A stretch of 64,000 nucleotides of DNA from Chiloscyllium plagiosum (GCF_004010195.1 NC_057728.1:26936699-27000698), one strand, 5' to 3'; shown: positions 10,700 through 24,440, numbered from the stretch's first letter. A program made the numbers and translations. The notes: generated by a model from the sequence alone, not told the origin.

Positions 10700-11210
10700 G
10701 CTGGGAACTGTTCAGTGAGTGACGCGCCACCTGTCTCCTCAATGTCTGTCCATCTTCCATAAGGCACCAGTCAGGATTGGGATGGAATACTCTCCACTTA
10801 ACTACAGTTCTAGCAGTACTTACCAACTTGACACCATCCAGGACAAAGTAGGACACTGCATCCATTACCTTCAACATTTACGCCTTCACCACTGACACAC
10901 ATCGGCAACAGTATGTACCATCCACATGATTCACTGCAGCAAATCATTCAGGCTCCTTCAACAGCAATTTCCAAACCTAAAACCTCTACTAACTAGAACA
11001 GTAAGAGCAGCAGATCCAAAGGAAAATGACCACCTTGGAGTTTCCCTCCAAGCCACACGTCATCCTCTTATTCACTGTCACTGAGTCAAAATTGTAGAAC
11101 TCTGTTCCTAACAGCACTATGGTTGTTACTAACACTAGATAGACTGCAGTTCACAAAAACATTCCAAGGGCAATTAGGGCAACAGCTGATGGCCATGCCA
11201 GCAATGCTCA
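10700..11210 (+). mobile_element. CR1-like LINE 3' remnant (second family, same as 39720-41310)
   Basis: Shares segments with 40900-41310 (acaccatccaggacaaag...ccaaacc...ccaagccacac...caagggcaattaggg). Confidence 0.65.
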
Positions 11211-11215
11211 CATCG

Positions 11216-11246
<31 letters not shown>
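11216..11246. repeat. (GT)n microsatellite
   Basis: Direct reading of the gtgtgt run. Confidence 0.95.
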
Positions 11247-11249
11247 TGG

Positions 11250-13075
11250 GGGGTTCGTTAGAACAGAGATAGACTTGAATGAATTGCTATTGAAAGAGAG
11301 AGGAGGTATTAGCAGACTTGAAAGGGGATAATTTCCCCAGGGCCAGATGAGGTGTATCTCAGGCTGTGGTGGGAAGCAAGGGAGGAGATTGCAGGGGCTC
11401 TGTCTCTTGTTTGTTTTCAAATCCCCTCTGGCTGCAGGAAGGGTGACAGAGGACTAGAGGACACATAATGTACTGTTATTACTCAAGAAGAGTAGTAAGG
11501 ATACTCTGGGAAGTCCAGAGATGTATAGTTTAGGTGGTTTGGCCATGCTAAATTGCCCGTTGGGTCCAGGGATGTGCAGGCTAGATGGATAAGCCTTGGG
11601 ATTTGCAGGTATGGGGTGGGTCTGGGTCGGATAATCTTTGGAGGGTCGAGGTGGACTTGATGGGCCGAATAACCTGCTTCCACACTGTAGGAGTTCTATA
11701 AATCTAGAAGTACAGGTCAATGAATCTAACATCTGTGGTAAGGAAGCTATTAAGAAAAAAAGTCTGAGGGAATTAATCCCCATTTTTAGAGAGGTAAGAA
11801 TTAATTAAGGATCATCAGCATGGCTTTGTAAGGGGGAAATCTTATCTAATAAATTTGATTGAATTTTTTAAGGAGTTCACTAGGTGTGTAGATGAGGGTA
11901 GTGCAGTTGATCTAGTCGATATACACTTCAGTATGGTTGCATGGCAGACTGATTAAGATGTCGAAAAGTGTGGTGCTGGAAAAGCACAACAGGTCAGGCA
12001 GCATCCAAGGAGCAGGAGAGTCAGCGTTTCAGGAATAATCCCTTCATCAGGATTCCAGATGACTTAGTGGCAGGAAGCAAATGGTGCTGGTTGAAGAGTG
12101 ACAAAACAGTGATGTACCAGTGTTTGGTGTTGGGCCCTTTGCTGTTTGTAATGCACATTTAATGATCTAGACATGGACATAGGAGATATTATCATTCATT
12201 TTGCAGATGACATGAAAATTGGTGATGTAATAAATCCTGATGACTGTTAAAGCCTTAGACTGCAGGATGATACTGACAGGCTCATTGGATTGGCTGAACA
12301 GTGGCAAGTGGAATTTAATCTTGAAAAGCACTTTGGGAGGATTATCAAGGCAAGAAAGTACACGTTCAATGGTAGCACCCTTGGAAGTAAAGAGCATCAT
12401 GGGGACATTGGTTTGCTCATCTATAGATCCTTAAGCCAGCAGAGCAGGTAGATAAGATAGTTAAGAAGGCATAGAGGAAACATCTTTATTAGTCAATATT
12501 CTGAAAATGAGAGCAAGGAGGTTATGATGGAGCTGTGTATATTGTTAGTTAGGCCACAGCTGGAATAGCATTTGCGATTCTAGTGGAAGAGATTCACCAG
12601 AATATTACCTGGGCTGGAGAGAAACAGCTGTGGAGAGAAACTAGCCAGGCTAAGCTTGATTTTTTTCAAAGCAGTGAAGGCTGAAGCAGGTGGGATCTTT
12701 ATTGAAGTGAACAAAATGATGAGCATAGACAGGAGAGTTTCAGAGAAGCTTTTCCCAATAGTAGAGGGATCAGCAACCTGGGGGCACAGTTTTAAGGTAA
12801 GATGCAGGAGGTTTAGAGTGGAGTTGAGCAAGAACATTTTCACTGACAGGTGGATATCTGGAGCTCACTGCCTAAAATGGTGGATAAATTGATAGAGACA
12901 GGAACCCTCAAGATATTGAAGAACTACTTGGACAAACACTTGAAATACCATGGTATATACAGCTGTGGGCCAAGTGTTTGAAAATGGGATGAGGAAAGGT
13001 TGATATTTGATGACCTGCATGGAAGCTATGGGCTGTGGGGTCTCTTTTTGTGCTGTAAAAACTCAACTCTCTATG
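11250..13075 (+). mobile_element. Degenerate CR1 LINE ORF2 remnant with a nested HE1 SINE piece (~11510-11700) and a Penelope terminal fragment (~11960-12056)
   Basis: RT motifs recognisable in broken frames (QHGFV.GKS.L.NL..FF; VLGPLLF; FADD.K); nested SINE V-domain and gtggtgctggaaaagcac...cccttcatcagg. Confidence 0.75.
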
Positions 13076-13390
13076 GACATGAATTAATAAATAAAATAGA
13101 TTATATAGTGGTTGAACACCACTTTGGAGAACCACCCCCTCTTCTGTCATAATGTTTGTCCAACTTGAAGCATTGGCTGAGCACACATACTCACCAATTA
13201 AATATTGGTTCTCCACCACAGACCCTATTCTTTAACAATGAACATTGTTCATTTCCCTGCCCACAGTCTGAAATAGAATCACAGAATAGTTATAGCAGAG
13301 GAGGAGGCCATTTAACCCATCATGTCTGCACTGACTCTGCATAAACACTTCAATTTGTGCTATTCTCCTGCCTTCTCCCTGCTATCCTAC

Positions 13391-16300
13391 GGTACAGGTG
13401 ACCTATACAAGAAGGATGGGTTGCATTTGAATTGGAAGGGAACTAATATGCTGGCAGAGAGATTTGCTACAGTTGTTCAGGAGGATTTAAACTAGGAAGG
13501 TGGAGGGGGGTGGTGTGGGACCCAAGGAGATGGAGAGGAAAGAGATAGTCTGAGACTGGATCAATTGGGAAAAGGAGGGACTCAAACAGTCAGGACAGGC
13601 AGCAACAAAGCTGTCGTGGGCGGCACGGTGGCACAGTGGTTAGCACTGTTGCCTCACAGCGCCAGAGACCCGAGTTCAATTCCCGCCTCAGGCGACTGAC
13701 TGTGTGGAGTTTGCACGTTCTCCCCGTGTCTGCGTGGGTTTCCTCTGGGTGCTCCGGTTTCCTCCCACAGTCCAAAGATGTGCAGGTCAGGTGAATTGGC
13801 CATGCTAAATTGCCCGTAGTGTTAGGTAAGGGGTAAATGTAAGGGTATAGGTGGGTTGTTCTTCGGCGGGTCGGTGTGGACTTGTTGGGCCGAAGGGCCT
13901 GTTTCCACATTGTAATGTAATCTAAAAAAAAGCAGAGAAGAAGGTAGGACTAATAAATTAGACTGTATTTACTTCAATGCAAGAGGCCTAACAGGGAAGG
14001 CAGATGAACTCTGGGCATGGTTAGGAACAGGGACTGGGATATCATAGCAATTACAGAAACATGGCTCAGGGATGGACAGGACTGGCAGCTTAATGTTCCA
14101 GGATACAAATGCTAAAGGAAGGACAGAAAGGGGGGGACAAGAGAGGAAGGAGAGTGGCCTTTTTGATGAGGGATAGCATTACAGCTGTACTTAGGGAAGA
14201 TATTCCTGGGAATACATCCAGGGAAGTTATTTGGGTGGAACTGAGAAATATGAAAGGAATGGTCACCTTATTGAGATTGTATTATAAACCCCCTACTAGT
14301 CAGCGCAAAATTGAGAAACAGATTTATAAGGAGATTTCAGTTATCTGTAAGAATAATAGGGTGGTTATGGTAGGAGATTTTAACTTTCCAAACATAGACT
14401 GGGACTGCCATAGTGTTAAGGGTTTAGATGGAGAGGAATTTGTTAAATGTGTACAAGTTTTAAGTTGGAAGAAAGCTAATTTTGACAGAATTAGGCAAGA
14501 ACTTTCAAAAAACTGATTGGGAGCAGAAGTTCGCAGGTAAAGGGATGGCTGGAAATGGGAAGCCTTCAGAAATGAGATAATGAGAGTCCAGAGACAGTAT
14601 ATTCCTGTTAGAGTGAAAGGAAAGGCTGGTAGGTGTAGGGAAAGCTAGATGACTAGAGAAATTGATGTTTTGGTTAAGAAAAAGAAGGAAGCGTAGGTCA
14701 ACTATAGACAGGAGAGATTAAATGAATCCTTAGAGTATAAAGGCAATAAGAGTATACTTAAGAGGGAAATAAGGAGCGCAAAAAGTGACATGAGATAGCT
14801 TTGGCAAACAGGGTTAAGGAGAATCCAAAGGGATTTTATTAATACATTAAGGACAAAAGGGTAACTCGGGAGAGAATAGGGCACCTCAAAGATCAGCAAG
14901 GCAGCCTATGTGTGGAGCTGTAGGAGATGGGGGAGATACTAAACAAGTATTTTGCATCAGTGTTTACTGTGGAGAAGGATATGGAAGATAGAGAATGTGT
15001 GGAAATAAATGGCGAATCTTGAATAATGTTCATATTACAGAGGAGGAGGTGATGTGATAAATCACTAGGACCTGATCAGGTGTACCCTAGAACTCTGTGG
15101 GAAGCTAGGGAAGTGATTGCTGGGCCTCTTGCTGAGATATTTGTATCATCGACAGTCACAGGTGAGGTGCTAGAAGACTGGAGATTGGCTAACTATTTAA
15201 GAAATGTGGTAAGGAAAAGCCAGGAACTATAGACCGGTGAACCTGACTTTGGTGGTGGGCAAGTTTTTGGAGGGAATCCTGAGGTACAGAAATTACATGT
15301 ATTTGGAAAGGTAAGGACTGATTAGGGATAGTCAGCATGGCTTTGTGCATGGGAAATCATATCTCACAAACTTGATTTAGAATTGTGAAGAAGTAACAGA
15401 GGATTGGTGAGCTTAAACATGATCTGTGCTGTCTTCAGTAAGGTGTTCAACAAGGTTCTTCATGGAAGACTGGTTGGCCAGGTTAGATCTCATGGAATAC
15501 AGGGAGAACGAGCCATTTGGATACAGAACTACTCCCAGTGGGGGAGTAGACAGAGGGTAGTGGTGGAGGGCTGCTTTTCAGACTGGAGGCCTGTGATCAG
15601 TGGAGTGCCACAAGGATCGGTGCTGAGTCCACTGCTTTTCATCATTATATAAATGATTTGGATGTGAACATAGGAGATATAGTTAGTAAATTTGCAGATG
15701 ACACCAAAATTGGATGTGCAGTAGACAGCAAAGAAGATTGCCTCAGAGTACAATGGGATCTTGATCAGATGGGCTAATGGGCGGAGGAGTGGCAGATGGA
15801 GTTTAATTTAGATAAATGCGAGGTGCTTCATTTTGGAAAGACAAATCAGGGCAGGACTTGTACACTTAAAGGTAAGGTCCTGGGGAATGTTGATGAACAA
15901 AGAGACCTTGGAGTGCAGGTGCATAGTTCCTTGAAAGTAGTCGCAGGTAGATAGGATAGTGAAGAAAATGTTTGGTATGCTTTCCTTTATTGGATGGAGC
16001 ATTGAGTATAGGAGTTGGGAGGTCATGTTGCGGCTGTACAGGACATTGATTGGCCACTTTTGGAATGTTGCATGCAATTCTGGTTGCCTTCCTATTGGAA
16101 GGATGTTCTGAAACTTGAAAGGGTTCAGAAAAGATTTACAAGGATATTGCAGGGTTGGAGGATTTGAGCTATGGGGAAAGGTTGAATAGGCTGGGGCTGT
16201 TTTCCCTGGAGCACTAGAGGCTGAGAGGTGACCTTATAGGGGTTTATAAAGTCATGAGGGGCATGGATAGGATAAATAGGCAAGATCTTTTCCCTGGGGT

Positions 16301-16610
16301 GGGGGAGTCAGAACTCGAGGGCATAGGTTTAGCGTGACATGGGAAAAATATAAGGACCTAAGGGGCAACATTTTCATTCAGAGGGTGGTACATGAATGGA
16401 ATGAGCTGCCAGAGGAAGTGGTGGAAGTTGGTACAATCACAACATTTAAAAGCCATTTGGATGGGTATATGCATAGGAAGGTTTTGGAGGGATATGGGCC
16501 AAGTGCTGGCAAATGGAACTAGATTAGGTTAGGATATCTGGTCAGCATGGACAAGTTGGACCGAAAGGTCTGTTTCTGTGTTATACATCTCGATGACTCT
16601 ATGACTATGA
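13391..16610 (+). mobile_element. Long HER1/CR1 LINE (ORF1 esterase tail, APE endonuclease, RT, 3' UTR), decayed, in MCAT intron 1
   Basis: From about 13400, DLYKKDGLHLNWKGTNMLAERFA (SGNH-esterase end of CR1 ORF1). Endonuclease motifs YFNARGL, IAITETW and VMVGDFNFPNIDW; RT motifs SGVPQGSVL.PLLF and FADDTK; 3' tail at about 16600. Many frameshifts and an internal deletion near 14456. Confidence 0.92.
13618..13924 (+). mobile_element. Young full-length HE1-type SINE inserted in the LINE
   Basis: gggcggcacggtggcacagtggttagc (box A), gagttcaattcc (box B), retained CpGs, taatgtaatct tail; nearly identical to the copies at 55017 and 62321. Confidence 0.93.
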
Positions 16611-16611
16611 C

Positions 16612-17990
16612 ATTTCCTTTTATAACTCAATTTTAATGCTTCAATTGAATTTGTTTTCACCACATTATCTGGCAGTGCATTCTAGATCTTAACCACTTGT
16701 TGAAGCAGAGGGTGTTTTTTTTTCTTTGCAGTCTTGTTTCTTTTCCCAATAAATCTGTTTAGAAAATGCTGGAGAAACTCAGCAGGTTTGGCAGCATCTA
16801 CTTTGAGTCCAATGTAACTCTGGTTCTGAAGTTTCTGTTTCTAATGTTGGATCTCCAGCATCCATAGTACTTTGCTTTCAATTGATAATTTTCCAAACGG
16901 GAACAATATCTCCCTATCTGCTCTGTCTAGGCCCTTCATGATTTTGAATAATTACATTAAAGTGCCTCCAAGGAAAGGAGTCCCAACTTCTACAACCTGT
17001 CAACATAATTGAAGTTTCTGGCTCTTTGTGAATCTTTTCGCTACTGTCTCCAATGTTTTCACATCCTTCCTAAAATGCACCTCCTAATACTGCAGCTGAG
17101 GCTGAATTAGTGACTTATACAGATTTGAACATAACTTCATTTGTACAGTTTGCTGCTATTAACAAAGCCAAGAATGCTGTATGTTTTATTATTCGCTCAG
17201 TATCAATCCTGCCACCTCTAATGTTTTATGTACATACGCACCCAGGACCCCTCTGCTTCTGCGCCCCCTAGAGGGTTATATTCTTTACATTTTCTTTCCA
17301 TGTTCTACCTAACAAAATGAATCACTTCTCCACATTGAACTTCATCTCCATCTATCCATCCACTTCATCAAATTGTCTATGTCCTGTTTGATGTTCTACA
17401 CTATCTTCCTTACATTTCACACTGCTACCAATCACAAAGTGTGAAATTATACCTTTTGCAATAAACTTTAGGTCATTAATATATTATCAAGAAAAGTAAG
17501 AGTCTCGACACTGAATCTGGGAACTCCATTACAGATGTTCCTCCAGTCTGAAAATTATCCATTAACTGTTACTATCTTCTTCCTGTCACTCAGCAAATCC
17601 TTGTTGTTAATGTCCACTTTATTCCATGAGCTGTAACTTTCCTCACAAATCTGTGTGGCACTGTATCAGACACCTTTTTGGAAATCCGTGTACACCATAT
17701 TTCTTTGAAAAAACTCTCAACTAGTTAATTAAAAATAATTTTCCCTTATAAATCCATGCTGGCTTTCCTTAATTAACTGACTACATGAGTATAATTTTGT
17801 TCTGAATATTCTTTCTACAAGTTTCCCCACACTAAAGTTAAACTGACTGGCCTGTACTTCTGGGCTGATCTTTACAGCCTTTTTTCAACAAGAGTGTAAC
17901 ATTTGCAATTCCCTTGTCCTCTCACACCACCTCTGAGTCTAAGATGGAAAACAATAGTCAGTACCTTCACAAAAAAAAACTAGATTGTTT
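16612..17990 (-). mobile_element. Old CR1 LINE remnant (antisense) with a nested Penelope-type hairpin at ~16762-16880
   Basis: Degenerate antisense RT segments (aatccatgctggctttcc, aaactgactggcctgta); nested aaatgctggagaaactcagcagg...tctccagcatcc. Confidence 0.6.
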
Positions 17991-19936
17991 GGAATTTTGG
18001 CAAATTTCTGCTTGTCTCTGTGCTATACATTTGGTCCCATTTCTGCTTAAACACCAAGGCTGTCAATTTCAACCTCGATAACACTGTGTCTTGATGCTAT
18101 CTGCTACTGAAATCCTCACTGATACCTTTGTGACCTCTCAGACCAAACTATTCCATTGCTTCCATAACTAGACTCTCACTGTGCACCGCCTGTAAAATTG
18201 AGCGTATCCAAATCTGTGTGGCTCCTGTCTTAGCTCTCATCAGTCCCCATTCTCTTCTTGCACCTTGCTTACCACCCTACATTATCCTGCAGTGTGATGA
18301 AGCCTCCACTGTTTTTAGCTCTCTCCTGCTTTTCCCCCTCCGTATCTGTATAAACTCCGTAATTTCATCACTATTGTCCTCCATTTCTGGCCTTTTACCC
18401 ACCAAGACCAATCTATTTCTACTCTGACACACCTGACTCACTTTATTTCTCTACTCACATGTTCCATTCTCTTTCTGTTCATGTACATTCCAACATACCT
18501 CTCCCATTCACATTCAGCTTTCATTATTCTGGTTGTACCTCTCCTCTATTTCTGTGCTCTCTCCTTGCACATATCCTACTTGAATTCTACTTTTACATAG
18601 GCTCATTATAACTCTTTGTTCACTGGTTGCACTCTCTCTACTCATAAGACCCACTCTTGAACTGTTAACGCCTCTTTCCTGACATAATGAAATGTGAAAG
18701 GAGATCGGGAAAGTTGTCCACCTTGAAAATCTAGGGTCAGATCATAAACAACATTTCATCTCACCAAATTGTGAAACTATATTCTCAGAATCTGGTTTCT
18801 CACCCATTACTACTGACTAGGTTAGAAATAGTTTGCAGGCTGGGATATGTGGTTCATTCAATGCTATATATGTGCAATGATGAATCCAATCTATGCCCTA
18901 AGCATACCCAACAGAAAGCATTAGTTGCTCATTGAGAGTAAACCCCTTGATCATCTTCTTCATAGGTTGTGTGTCTATTTGGACTTGATATGTTGAGGTA
19001 ATTGGGTTTATGACCTTTAATTGCTGTTGACTTTTTTTCTGTCTCACCTACACCCTCTGCTGCACCAATTGCAGATTCTGTCTGACCTACGTTCTCTGCT
19101 GCACAAATCATAGATTCCCTATGTCCTATGCTGTCTGATGCACCAATCACACATTCCCCTCTTTACTGCACTTACTTCTCCTAAATTCTCAGCTACACTT
19201 TACCTCAAGTTTTCTCCAATTTCTCGTACTTTTGCTCTTTAGATCTAATGCTCAGACCTGCCCCTTATTAGAGTTTGCTTTTGTTTGTGATATTTTGGAG
19301 GAAACATTGTAAAGAATGTTTTACTACATTAAATGTGCTATATAAACGAAAGGTGTGGTAGTTGTACAGAGATTCAGGTCAGAGGCAGACAGACTAAATG
19401 CAGAAAATGCAATATTGGGTGGTTTTCCATTCTCCACCTTTTGGAAATTCTGTTTTTGCATTTGGTGTGAGCGCATGCTCAGGTGGCAGTAGATCAGTAG
19501 GTTCTTTAAAAATACTGTTTGATAACTCATCCATCTTATATCTCTTCCTCCTCCTCATACTGTGCAGCATGTTAATATGGCTGCAATCAACAACTCAGTG
19601 CTGTCTATTTAGGTGGACATTCTTACTGCAGCTCTTTAGAATGTTGCGCAACCAGCAGGATATGTAACTGAGCATACTCCCATATGTTTCCTGAGGTATT
19701 TTACTTTATTCTTTGTTTATGAGCCCAGATTATGAATACCACCTGGGCTATTTGATTGTAATGAATATCAGAACTAACCCAGACAAGCACGTGTTTGATA
19801 CCCATGTTCAACAACATTACTGAAGCTCTATTAGGAACACAAACTCAAGCTCATTATTTCTCCTTTTCAAAGTCACTAATGTCAGTAAAAAAATATTTCT
19901 ATTGCTACCTTTTTGCTAAGCTTACTAACTGAACAT

Positions 19937-20132
19937 TGTTAAAAATCACACAACACACAACAGGTTTAATTGGAAGCACACTAACTTTCGGAGCGATGCT
20001 CCTTCATCAGGTGATTCAGGAGCGTCGCTCCGAAAGCTCGTGTGCTTCCAATTAAACCTGTTGAACTATAACCTGGTGTTGTGTGATTTTTAACTTTGTA
20101 CACCCCAGTCCAACACTGGCATCTCCAAATCA
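19937..20132. mobile_element. Penelope-derived inverted pLTR element with an 11-bp TSD
   Basis: Inverted arms aaaaatcacacaacac..caggtttaattggaagcac / gtgcttccaattaaacctg..gtgttgtgtgattttt; TSD taactgaacat at 19926-19936 and 20133-20143. Confidence 0.85.
19979..20013 (-). ncRNA. Minimal type I hammerhead ribozyme motif (Penelope-type)
   Basis: Minus strand reads CAC-CUGAUGA-A-GGAGC-AUC-GCUCC-GAAA-GUUA-GUG: intact catalytic boxes, 5-bp stem II, CAC/GUG stem I, NUH triplet. Confidence 0.75.
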
Positions 20133-20588
20133 TAACTGAACATAGAACTGGAGGTTTATCCTGGATCATGCTGGTCTGTGTGGATCCGTGTTATTTAGGC
20201 AGGTGAGAATAAAGTGGTGTTAGTTTATGACTTTGGAGGTGTTGGTGATGGTGATAGGAAGAGGTATTCATTTCCTTTGCTTTGTGAGGGAGACAGTAGT
20301 TAATTTTGGTGTTGGTATACTTTGTAGCCTTTCATTTCTGATAGACGTTGAAGGGATTGGAATTAACTTAATTTTCCTTTTGCTTTGTTGTTAATTTGTG
20401 GTTTATTGTTTGAGCTCCTATAAAACGCAGACACTTGTGAACTCTAACAATATTGTTGCCACCATAAGCTAAGTTAAGAGTTAATTTTTGGTTTGGAACT
20501 GTGAAGATAACTAGTGGACAGTGCACTACCTATTGTGGATTTGTATTTTTCATGTTGCTAAGTTCTAACTGTCTTTTTATGTCTATAG

Positions 20589-20676
20589 GCCATTGAGAAA
20601 TGTGTTGGAGCAGCAGGATTCAGTGTGGGAGAGTTTGCTGCCTTGGTCTTTGCAGGAGCAATGGACTTTGCTGAAG
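20589..20676 (+). CDS. MCAT: MCAT coding exon 2 (contains the catalytic serine)
   Basis: Acceptor tctatag, donor G|GTGAGA, 88 bp; AIEKCVGAAGFSVGEFAALVFAGAMDFAE with the GFSVG nucleophile motif. Too short for the ORF track. Confidence 0.96.
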
Positions 20677-20857
20677 GTGAGACTATAAAAAATAAAATCA
20701 AAACTCTGAGTAGTGCATAAATGAGATTCCCATTTACAACATTCAGGATGGGTCCTGCCTTAGCTCAGAAATTCAAAATACAGATCGGTACTGAAGAACA
20801 GATTCAATAAATCATTTTAAGTTGTGTTCTGTGAATATAAGCTAATCCAACAAAAAT

Positions 20858-20916
20858 TGGAAATATAAGAAACTGGAAAAGTTGGAAATACAAGAAACTG
20901 GAAAAGTTGGAAATAC
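20858..20916. repeat. 25-bp tandem duplication (ttggaaatacaagaaactggaaaag, ~2.4 copies) at the head of a degenerate Penelope-type fragment
   Basis: Direct reading. Confidence 0.7.
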
Positions 20917-21287
20917 ATAACAGGCCTATCACCAGCTGCACTGAGAAAAGTTAAAGGTGTGAACCCTTCAACAGAGCCTGAAACAAGTAGAAAAGAGAGG
21001 CCCTTAACAGGACTGAAGAAAATGAAGGTGGGATTATTGGGTGATCTGTGCTGATTCTTTGTCTATGCTTTGGCAAATGGGTTTTTGATAAAGAAATCAC
21101 ATTGACCACAACTATGATATTTCCTTTATTTACTCTGATTTCTTGAAAGTTTTCTACGATTAGTCAAGCCAAAGTTATTTTTTCAGAAATCTGAACTAAC
21201 TAGCTGTTATTTCTCCATTTGGTCAGGAATTGCAGTCTTTGATTGGACTTTGGTAGTTTGTAAACAGTGAAATTACCCAAGTTATGT

Positions 21288-21740
21288 GTCACTTGTGCTC
21301 AGTTGAAAGCATTCTCATTCTTGAGTTTGAAAGGGCTCTTGTGGTCCAGTGGTAGTTTCCTTATCTCTGAGCCAAGAGGCCTGCAATCAAAAGGTTGTAG
21401 ATTCAAACTCAACCTCGACATTTAAGTAAGTAATGCAGACTGACTCCCCACCATCATACTGGTGTTGCACTTTAACAGCACAGGTACCACCTCCTTTCAA
21501 GTGGATGCAAATAAATTCCATGACATTATTCAAAGAAGAGTAAGTTGATCTTTCTAGTGTGTTAGATAATATCTATCCCTCCAACAACACTTTAATTCAT
21601 CATTTTTCTCATTGCTGTATGGGGAACCTTATATTGTGTGGAAATTGGCTACTGCATTTTCCAACATTGTAACAAATATGCACAGTTCACCACCCCTTTA
21701 TAGGACTCATGAGTGGTACTATGTAAATACAAGCTTAGAA
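21288..21740 (+). mobile_element. SacSINE1/AmnSINE-like Deu-domain SINE
   Basis: tRNA-like head, ...attattcaaagaagag..., attgctgtatgggga...aaattggctactgcattttccaacatt, tail tatgtaaatacaag. Confidence 0.6.
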
Positions 21741-22282
21741 TTTTGGAACATTGTAGTCAGATCCTACACTATTTCCTGCCTTACTACACCATGATCTTTG
21801 AATATAATCTATATCCATGTAATTTGTCTGTATGTAGTTTAAGTATTTTAATTAAACCACTTCTCTTTAAATAGTACCCTGCACTGCTTGTTTTACACCC
21901 ACTTCTTTTGATTTAACATCTCAGTAACCACGCCTTTAAAATTGAGGCAATAATGTATTTAACCTCTGAATGGCCTAACTTGGATTTAATTAATGCATTT
22001 TTTGAAAATATATTCATGTGTTTATTTTGCTTAATTTTATTCAATATTTCCTGTTAAACCTTTAATCTTTATTTTTGTAACTTTGCTATATTTGGGGTTC
22101 TCATTTTCTTTTTAATATTAGCCCTGTAAATGTAAATTCTCTTCTATGAACCTTAATGCATTATCAACCACACAACTTAGACTTTTCTGTGTTCCCAATT
22201 GGTTAAATATATTTGTGAAATCAGGTGAAAATGAATAATTTGGAATTGAAGTTGTGTTTACCAGTGCTGTTCTCCACTACAG

Positions 22283-22500
22283 CTCTCTATGCTGTGAAAG
22301 TGCGGGCAGAGGCTATGCAGGAGGCATCAGAATCCATTCCTAGTGGCATGTTATCTGTTGTGGGGCAAGCTGGATCCAGATTCAAGTATGCCTGCCTGGA
22401 GGCTCGTGAACATTGCAAGACATTGGGAATAGAGGATCCTGTGTGTGAAGTGGCTAACTACCTCTTTCCCAATGGACGTGTGATTGCTGGAAATTTACAG
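22283..22500 (+). CDS. MCAT: MCAT coding exon 3
   Basis: Acceptor ccactacag, donor CAG|GTAAGT, 218 bp, phase 1 to 0; LYAVKVRAEAMQEASE..PSGMLSV...VCEVANYLFPNGRVIAGN. Confidence 0.96.
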
Positions 22501-24129
22501 GTAAGTTGAGGAAATGTGAAATGCTTTTCTTCTGGATGAATCACACATACATTCACACATACAGTGTTGAATCAGAGCATAATTCAGCACTTTCGCCTCA
22601 AATATCAGTGTGATTTTAAGGTCAAATAAAGTCATGACCAAATAATATTGTTTGGACCAAAGATGCAAATGGCTATGCAATTTATCATTATTTCACCATA
22701 TTTGATGACAAGTATAAGAAAAAATTGTTAGACATTTTAAGTCTTTAATTCACAGTGAAAAACTGTATTTAAGTACAATGTAGCATCAGATGACTTTCAG
22801 ATATATGAAGATGGCCACACACAAACTTTCAAAGAATGACATTGGTGCCCAGCTATTTCAGTCAATAGCTGACAATTATAGCTTTTGAAAGTAATTTTTA
22901 CAATGCTGTCATCATTTTCACTCCTCAGTTCAATCGTATTGATTGTCGTAGTCCAATATTTTGCTGTTAGTATCATTTATTAGTTTCTTCACTTGAATGG
23001 TGCAGGATCACCTTCCTCCTTGCTGGAAGGAACTCAGTTACTAATCTGGCCATTGACAGGAGGGCAGCAACGCCACTGGTAGTGTATAGATCTTAACTCT
23101 GGGGGAATTTAAAATTCAGATTATTTCATCATGATGAAATTGTCATAAATGCACCTGGTTCACTAATTTCCTTCAGGGAAGGAATTCACCTAATTTGGCC
23201 TCCATGTAATTCCAAATCTAGAGCAAGGAATTCAATTCTTAGCTGCCCTTTGAAATGATCGAGCAAGGCACTCCGTTTCAACCAGTGACAGAGAAAAGCG
23301 GTAGTACCCACAGAAGGTTGGTGCCCACTACATGGACTGAAGTGGTTCAAGAAGATGGCTCATCACCACCTTCTTGAGGGCAATGGAGCACATCCCAAAA
23401 ATGCTTTTTTTAAAAACCTATCTTTGGATGTGAGGCAAAGTAATTTCAGGCCCTCAACAAAACGTAGCAAATAAATTCTACAAGGCATTATTCTTTGTGG
23501 AAAAAGAAGTTATCTAAATCTACTCTTGATGCAGTGTTGCCATCTGATGATCACAAAATGTTATTACATCAGAAAACACTTGACAGAACCTAAAATGATT
23601 ACGAAGTATTTTGGTTTGCTCACTGCATTCATTTTATTCAACGGTGACCAGGTGATCTGGATTTTCAAAGAGGTTGAATGATTTGGGAGCTCTTTTAAAC
23701 TGATGAGCAGACCCGATTGTGGGAATCTCGTTTCTATTCCTATTCCTGTTTCCAGGAATGTTTGCCAGTGAAGGGTAAGGATGCGACAGTAAGTCTGCAT
23801 GCAGCACTCCTGCCCTTTCTGGTTCCATTGCAAGGCAGAGCAGGTTAAACCTACTCCTTTGCCGTTTTTATGAAGAGTCCCTACTTCCATTAGAACACAT
23901 GGGTCAGGGCCTCTCAAAGGAGCTGTGAGTCATGGAGGAGCCCTAGTCCCAAGTGAGGATACCAAAAGCATTCACCTGCAATTCTTTGCTTGATAGGCTT
24001 TGAAGTAGAAAAAACCCCAGATTTTTCCATTTCAGCAGTTGGATTCTCTATCGCAGGTTAGATATGTTTTTGTAGCTGTGGTTAATTATAGGGCTGTGTC
24101 CTCCAAAAGTAGCTTGACCATTAAATTCA

Positions 24130-24440
24130 TATCATAGAATCCATACAGTGTGGAAGCAGGCCATTCGAGTCCACACTGATCCTCTGAAGAGTGTCCCACC
24201 AAAACCCACCTCCCTACCCTGTTCCCGTAACACTGCTTTTCCCATGGTTAACCCATCTTACCTACATATCTCCAGACACTGAGGGCAATTAGACTATGGG
24301 AGGAAACTAGAGCACCCAGAGGAAACCCATACAAATATGGGGAGAATGTGCCAACTCCACACAGACAGTCAATTAATGGTGGAATTGAACCTGGGACACT
24401 GCCGCCACGAGAGAGCAGTGTTAACCACTGAGCTGCCATT
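24130..24440 (-). mobile_element. HE1-type SINE
   Basis: Antisense tRNA head (gcagtgttaaccactgagctgcc) and V-domain (actccacacagacag). Confidence 0.85.

Noticed and set aside
13618-13690. tRNA gene
   Set aside because: The box A/B sequence is the tRNA-derived head of an HE1-type SINE, continuous with the V-domain and LINE-like tail; the same applies to the other copies.
22225-22282. N-terminal extension of the ORF-track MCAT pieces (also 10455-10511 and the 26127 start)
   Set aside because: These are intronic read-through or arbitrary ORF starts; canonical splice sites define the real exon limits and give an in-frame 400-aa protein.
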